Position numbers and translations under genes: made by a program
From: Lingula anatina
Taxonomy: Eukaryota > Animalia > Brachiopoda
NCBI GenBank assembly: GCA_051362555.1
Contig: JBPQGU010000016.1
Coordinates: forward strand, 4,402,001-4,466,000
Direction of reading: 5' to 3'
DNA length: 64,000 bases
Part shown: in pieces, positions 15,001-30,000 of the stretch
Layout of the letters: every line of letters starts with the position of its first letter
How positions within the stretch are numbered: position 1 is the stretch's first letter
Notes under the pieces: generated by a model
The model's database searches: none
Seen by the model: the letters and a program-made list of their open reading frames with translations, nothing else
Told to the model about the DNA's origin: nothing

Positions 15001-18000
15001 GTGACGAAAATCAATCTATCACACCTGTCATTCATAAAAAATGTGGAAACGCGCCCGGGTCACTTCATCAAGGCCCCTAATTCTAGCTTTAAAGATGATC
15101 GAAAAATAAGCTCTGAGAACAGAATCTGAGAGGGGGGGGAGACAGAGTTTTTGCTCTATTTCTTCCTTAATGTTGACACCACCACTCTTCCAGCACTTTA
15201 TTCTTACTACAAATGACCGAACACACCTACCTGACACTATAATGAAGAAAAAAAATTTTCATCCCTACCTGGCCAAAATTGAAGAAATCTCACAGTGCCG
15301 GCACTGTTCAAAATCACTCAAAATCACCAAAAATCGACCCGTCTCCGATTTTTCCAAAAAGTGACGAAAATCAATCTACCACACCTGTCATTCATAAAAA
15401 AATGTGGAAACGCGCCCAGGTCACTTCATCAAGGCCCCCAATTCTAGCTTTAAAGATGATCCAAAAATAAGCTCTGAGAACAGAATCTGAGAGGGGGGGG
15501 GGAGACAGAGTTTTTGCTCTATTTCTTCCTTAATGTTGACACCACCACTCTTCCAGCACTTTATTCTTACTACAAATGACCGAACACATCTACCTGACAC
15601 TATAATGAAGAAAAAAAATTTTCATCCCTACCTGGCCAAAATTGAAGAAATCTCACAGTGCCGGCACTGTTCAAAATCACTCAAAATCACCAAAAATCGA
15701 CCCGTCTCCGATTTTTCCAAAAAGTGACGAAAATCAATCTACCACACCTGTCATTCATAAAAAATGTGGAAACGCGCCCGGGTCACTTCATCAAGGCCCC
15801 CAATTCTAGCTTTAAAGATGATCCAAAAATAAGCTCTGAGAACAGAATCTGAGAGGGGGGGGAGACAGAGTTTTTGCTCTATTTCTTCCTTAATGTTGAC
15901 ACCACCACTCTTCCAGCACTTTATTCTTACTACAAATGACCGAACACATCTACCTGACACTATAATGAAGAAAAAAAATTTTCATCCCTACCTGGCCAAA
16001 ATTGAAGAAATCTCACAGTGCCGGCACTGTTCAAAATCACTCAAAATCACCAAAAATCGACCCGTCTCCGATTTTTCCAAAAAGTGACGAAAATCAATCT
16101 ACCACACCTGTCATTCATAAAAAATGTGGAAACGCGCCCGGGTCACTTCATCAAGGCCCCCAATTCTAGCTTTAAAGATGATCCAAAAATAAGCTCTGAG
16201 AACAGAATCTGAGAGGGGGGGGGGAGACAGAGTTTTTGCTCTATTTCTTCCTTAATGTTGACACCACCACTCTTCCAGCACTTTATTCTTACTACAAATG
16301 ACCGAACACATCTACCTGACACTATAATGAAGAAAAAAAATTTTCATCCCTACCTGGCCAAAATTGAAGAAATCTCACAGTGCCAGCACTGTTCAAAATC
16401 ACTCAAAATCACCAAAAATCGACCCGTCTCCGATTTTTCCAAAAAGTGACGAAAATCAATCTACCACACCTGTCATTCATAAAAAATGTGGAAACGCGCC
16501 CGGGTCACTTCATCAAGGCCCCCAATTCTAGCTTTAAAGATGATCCAAAAATAAGCTCTGAGAACAGAATCTGAGAGGGGGGGGGAGACAGAGTTTTTGC
16601 TCTATTTCTTCCTTAATGTTGACACCACCACTCTTCCAGCACTTTATTCTTACTACAAATGACCGAACACATCTACCTGACACTATAATGAAGAAAAAAT
16701 ATTTTCATCCCTACCTGGCCAAAATTGAAGAAATCTCACAGTGCCGGCACTGTTCAAAATCACTCAAAATCACCAAAAATCAACCCGTCTCCGATTTTTC
16801 CAAAAAGTGGCGAAAATCAATCTACCACACCTGTCATTCATAAAAAATGTGGAAACGCGCCCGGGTCACTTCATCAAGGCCCCCAATTCTAGCTTTAAAG
16901 ATGATCCAAAAATAAGCTCTGAGAACAGAATCTGAGAGGGGGGGGGGGAGACAGAGTTTTTGCTCTATTTCTTCCTTAATGTTGACACCACCACTCTTCC
17001 AGCACTTTATTCTTACTACAAATGACCGAACACATCTACCTGACACTATAATGAAGAAAAAAAATTTTCATCCCTACCTGGCCAAAATTGAAGAAATCTC
17101 ACAGTGCCGGCACTGTTCAAAATCACTCAAAATCACCAAAAATCGACCCGTCTCCGATTTTTCCAAAAAGTGACGAAAATCAATCTACCACACCTGTCAT
17201 TCATAAAAAATGTGGAAACGCGCCCGGGTCACTTCATCAAGGCCCCCAATTCTAGCTTTAAAGATGATCCAAAAATAAGCTCTGAGAACAGAATCTGAGA
17301 GGGGGGGGGAGACAGAGTTTTTGCTCTATTTCTTCCTTAATGTTGACACCACCACTCTTCCAGCACTTTATTCTTACTACAAATGACCGAACACATCTAC
17401 CTGACACTATAATGAAGAAAAAATATTTTCATCCCTACCTGGCCAAAATTGAAGAAATCTCACAGTGCCGGCACTGTTCAAAATCACTCAAAATCACCAA
17501 AAATCAACCCGTCTCCGATTTTTCCAAAAAGTGACAAAAATCAATCTACCACACCTGTCATTCATAAAAAAATGTGGAAACGCGCCCAGGTCACTTCATC
17601 AAGGCCCCCAATTCTAGCTTTAAAGATGATCCAAAAATAAGCTCTGAGAACAGAATCTGAGAGGGGGGGGGGGGAGACAGAGTTTTTGCTCTATTTCTTC
17701 CTTAATGTTGACACCACCACTCTTCCAGCACTTTATTCTTACTACAAATGACCGAACACATCTACCTGACACTATAATGAAGAAAAAAAATTTTCATCCC
17801 TACCTGGCCAAAATTGAAGAAATCTCACAGTGCCAGCACTGTTCAAAATCACTCAAAATCACCAAAAATCGACCCGTCTCCGATTTTTCCAAAAAGTGAC
17901 GAAAATCAATCTACCACACCTGTCATTCATAAAAAATGTGGAAACGCGCCCGGGTCACTTCATCAAGGCCCCCAATTCTAGCTTTAAAGATGATCCAAAA

Positions 18001-21000
18001 ATAAGCTCTGAGAACAGAATCTGAGAGGGGGGGGAGACAGAGTTTTTGCTCTATTTCTTCCTTAATGTTGACACCACCACTCTTCCAGCACTTTATTCTT
18101 ACTACAAATGACCGAACACACCTACCTGACACTATAATGAAGAAAAAAAATTTTCATCCCTACCTGGCCAAAATTGAAGAAATCTCACAGTGCCGGCACT
18201 GTTCAAAATCACTCAAAATCACCAAAAATCGACCCGTCTCCGATTTTTCCAAAAAGTGACGAAAATCAATCTACCACACCTGTCATTCATAAAAAATGTG
18301 GAAACGCGCCCTGGTCACTTCATCAAGGCCCCCAATTCTAGCTTTAAAGATGATCCAAAAATAAGCTCTGAGAACAGAATCTGAGAGGGGGGGGGAGACA
18401 GAGTTTTTGCTCTATTTCTTCCTTAATGTTGACACCACCACTCTTCCAGCACTTTATTCTTACTACAAATGACCGAACACATCTACCTGACACTATAATG
18501 AAGAAAAAAAATTTTCATCCCTACCTGGCCAAAATTGAAGAAATCTCACAGTGCCGGCACTGTTCAAAATCACTCAAAATCACCAAAAATCGACCCGTCT
18601 CCGATTTTTCCAAAAAGTGACGAAAATCAATCTACCACACCTGTCATTCATAAAAAATGTGGAAACGCGCCCGGGTCACTTCATCAAGGCCCCCAATTCT
18701 AGCTTTAAAGATGATCCAAAAATAAGCTCTGAGAACAGAATCTGAGAGTTGGGGGGGAGACAGAGTTTTTGCTCTATTTCTTCCTTAATGTTGACACCAC
18801 CACTCTTCCAGCACTTTATTCTTACTACAAATGACCAAACACATCTACCTGACACTATAATGAAGAAAAAAAATTTTCATCCCTACCTGGCCAAAATTGA
18901 AGAAATCTCACAGTGCCGGCACTGTTCAAAATCACTCAAAATCACCAAAAATCGACCCGTCTCCGATTTTTCCAAAAAGTGACGAAAATCAATCTACCAC
19001 ACCTGTCATTCATAAAAAATGTGGAAACGCGCCCGGGTCACTTCATCAAGGCCCCCAATTCTAGCTTTAAAGATGATCCAAAAATAAGCTCTGAGAACAG
19101 AATCTGAGAGGGGGGGGGAGACAGAGTTTTTGCTCTATTTCTTCCTTAATGTTGACACCACCACTCTTCCAGCACTTTATTCTTACTACAAATGACCGAA
19201 CACATCTACCTGACACTATAATGAAGAAAAAATATTTTCATCCCTACCTGGCCAAAATTGAAGAAATCTCACAGTGCCGGCACTGTTCAAAATCACTCAA
19301 AATCACCAAAAATCAACCCGTCTCCGATTTTTCCAAAAAGTGACAAAAATCAATCTACCACACCTGTCATTCATAAAAAATGTGGAAACGCGCCCGGGTC
19401 ACTTCATCAAGGCCCCCAATTCTAGCTTTAAAGATGATCCAAAAATAAGCTCTGAGAACAGAATCTGAGAGGGGGGGGGGAGACAGAGTTTTTGCTCTAT
19501 TTCTTCCTTAATGTTGACACCACCACTCTTCCAGCACTTTATTCTTACTACAAATGACCGAACACATCTACCTGACACTATAATGAAGAAAAAAAATTTT
19601 CATCCCTACCTGGCCAAAATTGAAGAAATCTCACAGTGCCGGCACTGTTCAAAATCACTCAAAATCACCAAAAATCGACCCGTCTCCGATTTTTCCAAAA
19701 AGTGACGAAAATCAATCTACCACACCTGTCATTCATAAAAAATGTGGAAACGCGCCCGGGTCACTTCATCAAGGCCCCCAATTCTAGCTTTAAAGATGAT
19801 CCAAAAATAAGCTCTGAGAACAGAATCTGAGAGGGGGGGGAGACAGAGTTTTTGCTCTATTTCTTCCTTAATGTTGACACCACCACTCTTCCAGCACTTT
19901 ATTCTTACTACAAATGACCGAACACACCTACCTGACACTATAATGAAGAAAAAAAATTTTCATCCCTACCTGGCCAAAATTGAAGAAATCTCACAGTGCC
20001 GGCACTGTTCAAAATCACTCAAAATCACCAAAAATCGATCCGTCTCCGATTTTTCCAAAAAGTGACGAAAATCAATCTACCACACCTGTCATTCATAAAA
20101 AAATGTGGAAACGCGCCCAGGTCACTTCATCAAGGCCCCCAATTCTAGCTTTAAAGATGATCCAAAAATAAGCTCTGAGAACAGAATCTGAGAGGGGGGG
20201 GGGGAGACAGAGTTTTTGCTCTATTTCTTCCTTAATGTTGACACCACCACTCTTCCAGCACTTTATTCTTACTACAAATGACCGAACACATCTACCTGAC
20301 ACTATAATGAAGAAAAAAAATTTTCATCCCTACCTGGCCAAAACTGAAGAAATCTCACAGTGCCGGCACTGTTCAAAATCACTCAAAATCACCAAAAATC
20401 GACCCGTCTCCGATTTTTCCAAAAAGTGACGAAAATCAATCTACCACACCTGTCATTCATAAAAAATGTGGAAACGCGCCCGGGTCACTTCATCAAGGCC
20501 CCCAATTCTAGCTTTAAAGATGATCCAAAAATAAGCTCTGAGAACAGAATCTAAGAGGGGGGGGGGAGACAGAGTTTTTGCTCTATTTCTTCCTTAATAT
20601 TGACACCACCACTCTTCCAGCACTTTATTCTTACTACAAATGACCGAACACATCTACCTGACACTATAATGAAGAAAAAAATTTTCATCCCTACCTGGCC
20701 AAAATTGAAGAAATCTCACAGTGCCGGCACTGTTCAAAATCACTCAAAATCACCAAAAATCGACCCGTCTCCGATTTTTCCAAAAAGTGACGAAAATCAA
20801 TCTACCACACCTGTCATTCATAAAAAATGTGGAAACGCGCCCAGGTCACTTCTTCAAGGCCCCCAATTCTAGCTTTAAAGATGATCTAAAAATAAGCTCT
20901 GAGAACAGAATCTGAGAGGGGGGGGGGGAGACAGAGTTTTTGCTCTATTTCTTCCTTAATGTTGACACCACCACTCTTCCAGCACTTTATTCTTACTACA

Positions 21001-24000
21001 AATGACCGAACACACCTACCTGACACTATAATGAAGAAAAAAAATTTTCATCCGTACCTGGCCAAAATTGAAGAAATCTCACAGTGCCGGCACTGTTCAA
21101 AATCACTCAAAATCACCAAAAATCGACCCGTCTCCGATTTTTCCAAAAAGTGACGAAAATCAATCTACCACACCTGTCATTCATAAAAAATGTGGAAACG
21201 CGCCCGGGTCACTTCATCAAGGCCCCCAATTCTAGCTTTAAAGATGATCCAAAAATAAGCTCTGAGAACAGAATCTGAGAGGGGGGGGGGAGACAGAGTT
21301 TTTGCTCTATTTCTTCCTTAATGTTGACACCACCACTCTTCCAGCACTTTATTCTTACTACAAATGACCGAACACACCTACCTGACACTATAATGAAGAA
21401 AAAAAATTTTCATCCGTACCTGGCCAAAATTGAAGAAATCTCACAGTGCCGGCACTGTTCAAAATCACTCAAAATCACCAAAAATCGACCCGTCTCCGAT
21501 TTTTCCAAAAAGTGACGAAAATCAATCTACCACACCTGTCATTCATAAAAAATGTGGAAACGCGCCCGGGTCACTTCATCAAGGCCCCCAATTCTAGCTT
21601 TAAAGATGATCCAAAAATAAGCTCTGAGAACAGAATCTGAGAGGGGGGGGGAGACAGAGTTTTTGCTCTATTTCTTCCTTAATGTTGACACCACCACTCT
21701 TCCAGCACTTTATTCTTACTACAAATGACCGAACACATCTACCTGACACTATAATGAAGAAAAAAAATTTTCATCCCTACCTGGCCAAAACTGAAGAAAT
21801 CTCACAGTGCCGGCACTGTTCAAAATCACTCAAAATCACCAAAAATCAACCAGTCTCCGATTTTTCCAAAAAGTGACGAAAATCAATCTACCACACCTGT
21901 CATTCATAAAAAATGTGGAAACGCACCCGGGTCACTTCATCAAGGCCCCCAATTCTAGCTTTAAAGATGATCTAAAAATAAGCTCTGAGAACAGAATCTG
22001 AGAGGGGGGGGGGGGAGACAGAGTTTTTGCTCTATTTCTTCCTTAATGTTGACACCACCACTCTTCCAGCACTTTATTCTTACTACAAATGACCGAACAC
22101 ACCTACCTGACACTATAATGAAGAAAAAAAATTTTCATCCGTACCTGGCCAAAATTGAAGAAATCTCACAGTGCCGGCACTGTTCAAAATCACTCAAAAT
22201 CACCAAAAATCGACCCGTCTCCGATTTTTCCAAAAAGTGACGAAAATCAATCTACCACACCTGTCATTCATAAAAAATGTGGAAACGCGCCCGGGTCACT
22301 TCATCAAGGCCCCCAATTCTAGCTTTAAAGATGATCCAAAAATAAGCTCTGAGAACAGAATCTGAGAGGGGGGGGGAGACAGAGTTTTTGCTCTATTTCT
22401 TCCTTAATGTTGACACCACCACTCTTCCAGCACTTTATTCTTACTACAAATGACCGAACACACCTACCTGACACTATAATGAAGAAAAAAAATTTTCATC
22501 CGTACCTGGCCAAAATTGAAGAAATCTCACAGTGCCGGCACTGTTCAAAATCACTCAAAATCACCAAAAATCGACCCGTCTCCGATTTTTCCAAAAAGTG
22601 ACGAAAATCAATCTACCACACCTGTCATTCATAAAAAATGTGGAAACGCGCCCGGGTCACTTCATCAAGGCCCCCAATTCTAGCTTTAAAGATGATCCAA
22701 AAATAAGCTCTGAGAACAGAATCTGAGAGGGGGGGGGAGACAGAGTTTTTGCTCTATTTCTTCCTTAATGTTGACACCACCACTCTTCCAGCACTTTATT
22801 CTTACTACAAATGACCGAACACATCTACCTGACACTATAATGAAGAAAAAAAATTTTCATCCCTACCTGGCCAAAACTGAAGAAATCTCACAGTGCCGGC
22901 ACTGTTCAAAATCACTCAAAATCACCAAAAATCAACCAGTCTCCGATTTTTCCAAAAAGTGACGAAAATCAATCTACCACACCTGTCATTCATAAAAAAT
23001 GTGGAAACGCACCCGGGTCACTTCATCAAGGCCCCCAATTCTAGCTTTAAAGATGATCCAAAAATAAGCTCTGAGAACAGAATCTAAGAAGGGGGGGGGG
23101 GAGACAGAGTTTTTGCTCTATTTCTTCCTTAATGTTGACACCACCACTCTTCCAGCACGTTATTCTTACTACAAATGACCGAACACATCTACCTGACACT
23201 ATAATGAAGAAAAAAAATTTTCATCCCTACCTGGCCAAAATTGAAGAAATCTCACAGTGCCGGCACTGTTCAAAATCACTCAAAATCACCAAAAATCGAC
23301 CCGTCTCCGATTTTTCCAAAAAGTGACGAAAATCAATCTACCACACCTGTCATTCATAAAAAATGTGGAAACGCGCCCGGGTCACTTCATCAAGGCCCCC
23401 AATTCTAGCTTTAAAGATGATCCAAAAATAAGCTCTGAGAACAGAATCTGAGAGGGGGGGAGACAGAGTTTTTGCTCTATTTCTTCCTTAATGTTGACAC
23501 CACCACTCTTCCAGCACTTTATTCTTACTACAAATGACCGAACACACCTACCTGACACTATAATGAAGAAAAAAAATTTTCATCCCTACCTGGCCAAAAT
23601 TGAAGAAATCTCACAGTGCCGGCACTGTTCAAAATCACTCAAAATCACCAAAAATCGACCCGTCTCCGATTTTTCCAAAAAGTGACGAAAATCAATCTAC
23701 CACACCTGTCATTCATAAAAAATGTGGAAACGCGCCCGGGTCACTTCATCAAGGCCCCCAATTCTAGCTTTAAAGATGATCCAAAAATAAGCTCTGAGAA
23801 CAGAATCTGAGAGGGGGGGGGGGAGACAGAGTTTTTGCTCTATTTCTTCCTTAATGTTGACACCACCACTCTTCCAGCACTTTATTCTTACTACAAATGA
23901 CCGAACACATCTACCTGACACTATAATGAAGAAAAAAAATTTTCATCCCTACCTGGCCAAAATTGAAGAAATCTCACAGTGCCGGCACTGTTCAAAATCA

Positions 24001-27000
24001 CTCAAAATCACCAAAAATCGACCCGTCTCCGATTTTTCCAAAAAGTGACGAAAATCAATCTACCACACCTGTCATTCATAAAAAATGTGAAAACGCGCCC
24101 GGGTCACTTCATCAAGGCCCCCAATTCTAGCTTTAAAGATGATCCAAAAATAAGCTCTGAGAACAGAATCTGAGAGGGAGGGGGGGGAGACAGAGTTTTT
24201 GCTCTATTTCTTCCTTAATGTTGACACCACCACTCTTCCAGCACTTTATTCTTACTACAAATGACCGAACACACCTACCTGACACTATAATGAAGAAAAA
24301 AAATTTTCATCCGTACCTGGCCAAAACTGAAGAAATCTCACAGTGCCGGCACTGTTCAAAATCACTCAAAATCACCAAAAATCGACCCGTCTCCGATTTT
24401 TCCAAAAAGTGACGAAAATCAATCTACCACACCTGTCATTCATAAAAAATGTGGAAACGCGCCCGGGTCACTTCATCAAGGCCCCCAATTCTAGCTTTAA
24501 ATATGATCCAAAAATAAGCTCTGAGAACAGAATCTGAGAGGGGGGGGGGAGACAGAGTTTTTGCTCTATTTCTTCCTTAATGTTGACACCACCACTCTTC
24601 CAGCACTTTATTCTTACTACAAATGACCGAACACACCTACCTGACACTATAATGAAGAAAAAAAATTTTCATCCGTACCTGGCCAAAATTGAAGAAATCT
24701 CACAGTGCCGGCACTGTTCAAAATCACTGAAAATCGCCAAAAATCGACCCGTCTCCGATTTTTCCAAAAAGTGACGAAAATCAATCTACCACACCTGTCA
24801 TTCATAAAAAATGTGCAAACGCGCCCGGGTCACTTCATCAAGGCCCCCAATTCTAGCTTTAAAGATGATCCAAAAATAAGCTCTGAAAACAGAATCTGAG
24901 AGGGGGGGGGAGACAGAGTTTTTGCTCTATTTCTTCCTTAATGTTGACACCACCACTCTTCCAGCACTTTATTCTTACTACAAATGACCGAACACATCTA
25001 CCTGACACTATAATGAAGAAAAAAAATTTTCATCCCTACCTGGCCAAAATTGAAGAAATCTCACAGTGCCGGCACTGTTCAAAATCACTCAAAATCACCA
25101 AAAATCGACCCGTCTCCGATTTTTCCAAAAAGTGACGAAAATCAATCTACCACACCTGTCATTCATAAAAAATGTGGAAACGCGCCCGGGTCACTTCATC
25201 AAGGCCCCCAATTCTAGCTTTAAAGATGATCCAAAAATAAGCTCTGAGAACAGAATCTGAGAGGGTGGGGGGGAGACAGAGTTTTTGCTCTATTTCTTCC
25301 TTAATGTTGACACCACCACTCTTCCAGCACTTTATTCTTACTACAAATGACCGAACACACCTACCTGACACTATAATGAAGAAAAAAAATTTTCATCCGT
25401 ACCTGGCCAAAATTGAAGAAATCTCACAGTGCCGGCACTGTTCAAAATCACTCAAAATCACCAAAAATCGACCCGTCTCCGATTTTTCCAAAAAGTGACG
25501 AAAATCAATCTACCACACCTGTCATTCATAAAAAATGTGCAAACGCGCCCGGGTCACTTCATCAAGGCCCCCAATTCTAGCTTTAAAGATGATCCAAAAA
25601 TAAGCTCTGAGAACAGAATCTGAGAGGGGGGGGGGAGACAGAGTTTTTGCTCTATTTCTTCCTTAATGTTGACACCACCACTCTTCCAGCACTTTATTCT
25701 TACTACAAATGACCGAACACATCTACCTGACACTATAATGAAGAAAAAAAATTTTCATCCCTACCTGGCCAAAATTGAAGAAATCTCACAGTGCCGGCAC
25801 TGTTCAAAATCACTCAAAATCACCAAAAATCGACCCGTCTCCGATTTTTCCAAAAAGTGACGAAAATCAATCTACCACACCTGTCATTCATAAAAAATGT
25901 GGAAACGCGCCCAGGTCACTTCATCAAGGCCCCCAATTCTAGCTTTAAAGATGATCCAAAAATAAGCTCTGAGAACAGAATCTGAGAGGGGGGGGGGAGA
26001 CAGAGTTTTTGCTCTATTTCTTCCTTAATGTTGACACCACCACTCTTCCAGCACTTTATTCTTACTACAAATGACCGAACACACCTACCTGACACTATAA
26101 TGAAGAAAAAAAATTTTCATCCCTACCTGGCCAAAATTGAAGAAATCTCACAGTGCCGGCACTGTTCAAAATCACTCAAAATCACCAAAAATCGACCCGT
26201 CTCCGATTTTTCCAAAAAGTGACGAAAATCAATCTACCACACCTGTCATTCATAAAAAATGTGGAAACGCGCCCGGGTCACTTCATCAAGGCCCCCAATT
26301 CTAGCTTTAAAGATGATCCAAAAATAAGCTCTGAGAACAGAATCTGAGAGGGGGGGGGGAGACAGAGTTTTTGCTCTATTTCTTCCTTAATGTTGACACC
26401 ACCACTTTTCCAGCACTTTATTCTTACTACAAATGACCGAACACACCTACCTGACACTATAATGAAGAAAAAAAATTTTCATCCGTACCTGGCCAAAATT
26501 GAAGAAATCTCACAGTGCCGGCACTGTTCAAAATCATTCAAAATCACCAAAAATCGACCCGTCTCCGATTTTTCCAAAAAGTGACGAAAATCAATCTACC
26601 ACACCTGTCATTCATAAAAAATGTGGAAACACGCCCGGGTCACTTCATCAAGGCCCCCAATTCTAGCTTTAAAGATGATCCAAAAATAAGCTCTGAGAAC
26701 AGAATCTGAGAGGGGGGGGGGGGGGAGACAGAGTTTTTGCTCTATTTCTTCCTTAATGTTGACACCACCACTCTTCCAGCACTTTATTCTTACTACAAAT
26801 GACCGAACACACCTACCTGACACTATAATGAAGAAAAAAAATTTTCATCCCTACCTGGCCAAAATTGAAGAAATCTCACAGTGCCGGCACTGTTCAAAAT
26901 CACTCAAAATCACCAAAAATCGACCCGTCTCCGATTTTTCCAAAAAGTGACGAAAATCAATCTACCACACCTGTCATTCATAAAAAATGTGGAAACGCGC

Positions 27001-30000
27001 CCGGGTCACTTCATCAAGGCCCCCAATTCTAGCTTTAAAGATGATCCAAAAATAAGCTCTGAGAACAGAATCTGAGAGGGGGGGGGGGGAGACAGAGTTT
27101 TTGCTCTATTTCTTCCTTAATGTTGACACCACCACTCTTCCAGCACTTTATTCTTACTACAAATGACCGAACACACCTACCTGACACTATAATGAAGAAA
27201 AAAAATTTTCATCCGTACCTGGCCAAAATTGAAGAAATCTCACAGTGCCGGCACTGTTCAAAATCACTCAAAATCACCAAAAATCGACCCGTCTCCGATT
27301 TTTCCAAAAAGTGACGAAAATCAATCTACCACACCTGTCATTCATAAAAAATGTGGAAACGCGCCCGGGTCACTTCATCAAGGCCCCCAATTCTAGCTTT
27401 AAAGATGATCCAAAAATAAGCTCTGAGAACAGAATCTGAGAGGGGGGGGGAGACAGAGTTTTTGCTCTATTTCTTCCTTAATGTTGACACCACCACTCTT
27501 CCAGCACTTTATTCTTACTACAAATGACCGAACACACCTACCTGACACTATAATGAAGAAAAAAAATTTTCATCCCTACCTGGCCAAAATTGAAGAAATC
27601 TCACAGTGCCGGCACTGTTCAAAATCACTCAAAATCACCAAAAATCGACCCGTCTCCGATTTTTCCAAAAAGTGACGAAAATCAATCTACCACACCTGTC
27701 ATTCATAAAAAATGTGGAAACGCGCCCGGGTCACTTCATCAAGGCCCCCAATTCTAGCTTTAAAGATGATCCAAAAATAAGCTCTGAGAACAGAATCTGA
27801 GAGGGGGGGGGGGAGACAGAGTTTTTGCTCTATTTCTTCCTTAATGTTGACACCACCACTCTTCCAGCACTTTATTCTTACTACAAATGACCGAACACAC
27901 CTACCTGACACTATAATGAAGAAAAAAAATTTTCATCCGTACCTGGCCAAAATTGAAGAAATCTCACAGTGCCGGCACTGTTCAAAATCACTCAAAATCA
28001 CCAAAAATCGACCCGTCTCCGATTTTTCCAAAAAGTGACGAAAATCAATCTACCACACCTGTCATTCATAAAAAATGTGGAAACGCGCCCGGGTCACTTC
28101 ATCAAGGCCCCCAATTCTAGCTTTAAAGATGATCCAAAAATAAGCTCTGAGAACAGAATCTGAGAGGGGGGGGGGGGGGAGACAGAGTTTTTGCTCTATT
28201 TCTTCCTTAATGTTGACACCACCACTCTTCCAGCACTTTATTCTTACTACAAATGACCGAACACACCTACCTGACACTATAATGAAGAAAAAAATTTTCA
28301 TCCCTACCTGGCCAAAATTGAAGAAATCTCACAGTGCCGGCACTGTTCAAAATCACTCAAAATCACCAAAAATCGACCCGTCTCCGATTTTTCCAAAAAA
28401 TGACGAAAATCAATCTACCACACCTGTCATTCATAAAAAAATGTGGAAACGCGCCCGGGTCACTTCATCAAGGCCCCCAATTCTAGCTTTAAAGATGATC
28501 CAAAAATAAGCTCTGAGAACAGAATCTGAGAGGGGGGGGGGGGGGGAGACAGAGTTTTTGCTCTATTTCTTCCTTAATGTTGACACCACCACTCTTCCAG
28601 CACTTTATTCTTACTACAAATGACCGAACACACCTACCTGACACTATAATGAAGAAAAAAAATTTTCATCCGTACCTGGCCAAAATTGAAGAAATCTCAC
28701 AGTGCCGGCACTGTTCAAAATCACTCAAAATCACCAAAAATCGACCCGTCTCCGATTTTTCCAAAAAGTGACGAAAATCAATCTACCACACCTGTCATTC
28801 ATAAAAAATGTGGAAACGCGCCCGGGTCACTTCATCAAGGCCCCCAATTCTAGCTTTAAAGATGATCCAAAAATAAGCTCTGAGAACAGAATCTGAGAGG
28901 GGGGGGGGGGAGGGGGGAGACAGAGTTTTTGCTCTATTTCTTCCTTAATGTTGACACCACCACTCTTCCAGCACTTTATTCTTACTACAAATGACCGAAC
29001 ACACCTACCTGACACTATAATGAAGAAAAAAAATTTTCATCCGTACCTGGCCAAAATTGAAGAAATCTCACAGTGCCGGCACTGTTCAAAATCACTCAAA
29101 ATCACCAAAAATCGACCCGTCTCCGATTTTTCCAAAAAGTGACGAAAATCAATCTACCACACCTGTCATTCATAAAAAATGTGGAAACGCGCCCGGGTCA
29201 CTTCATCAAGGCCCCCAATTCTAGCTTTAAAGATGATCCAAAAATAAGCTCTGAGAACAGAATCTGAGAGGGGGGGGGGGGGGAGACAGAGTTTTTGCTC
29301 TATTTCTTCCTTAATGTTGACACCACCACTCTTCCAGCACTTTATTCTTACTACAAATGACCGAACACACCTACCTGACACTATAATGAAGAAAAAAAAT
29401 TTTCATCCCTACCTGGCCAAAATTGAAGAAATCTCACAGTGCCGGCACTGTTCAAAATCACTCAAAATCACCAAAAATCGACCCGTCTCCGATTTTTCCA
29501 AAAAGTGACAAAAATCAATCTACCACACCTGTCATTCATTAAAAATGTGGATACGCGCCCGGGTCACTTCATCAAGGCCCCCAATTCTAGCTTTAAAGAT
29601 GATCCAAAAATAAGCTCTGAGAACAGAATCTGAGAGGGGGGGGGGGAGACAGAGCTTTTGCTCTATTTCTTCCTTAATGTTGACACCACCACTCTTCCAG
29701 CACTTTATTCTTACTACAAATGACCGAACACACCTACCTGACACTATAATGAAGAAAAAAAATTTTCATCCCTACCTGGCCAAAATTGAAGAAATCTCAC
29801 AGTGCCGGCACTGTTCAAAATCATTCAAAATCACCAAAAATCGACCCGTCTCCGATTTTTCCAAAAAGTGACGAAAATCAATCTACCACACCTGTCATTC
29901 ATAAAAAATGTGGAAACGCGCCCGGGTCACTTCATCAAGGCCCCCAATTCTAGCTTTAAAGATGATCCAAAAATAAGCTCTGAGAACAGAATCTGAGAGG

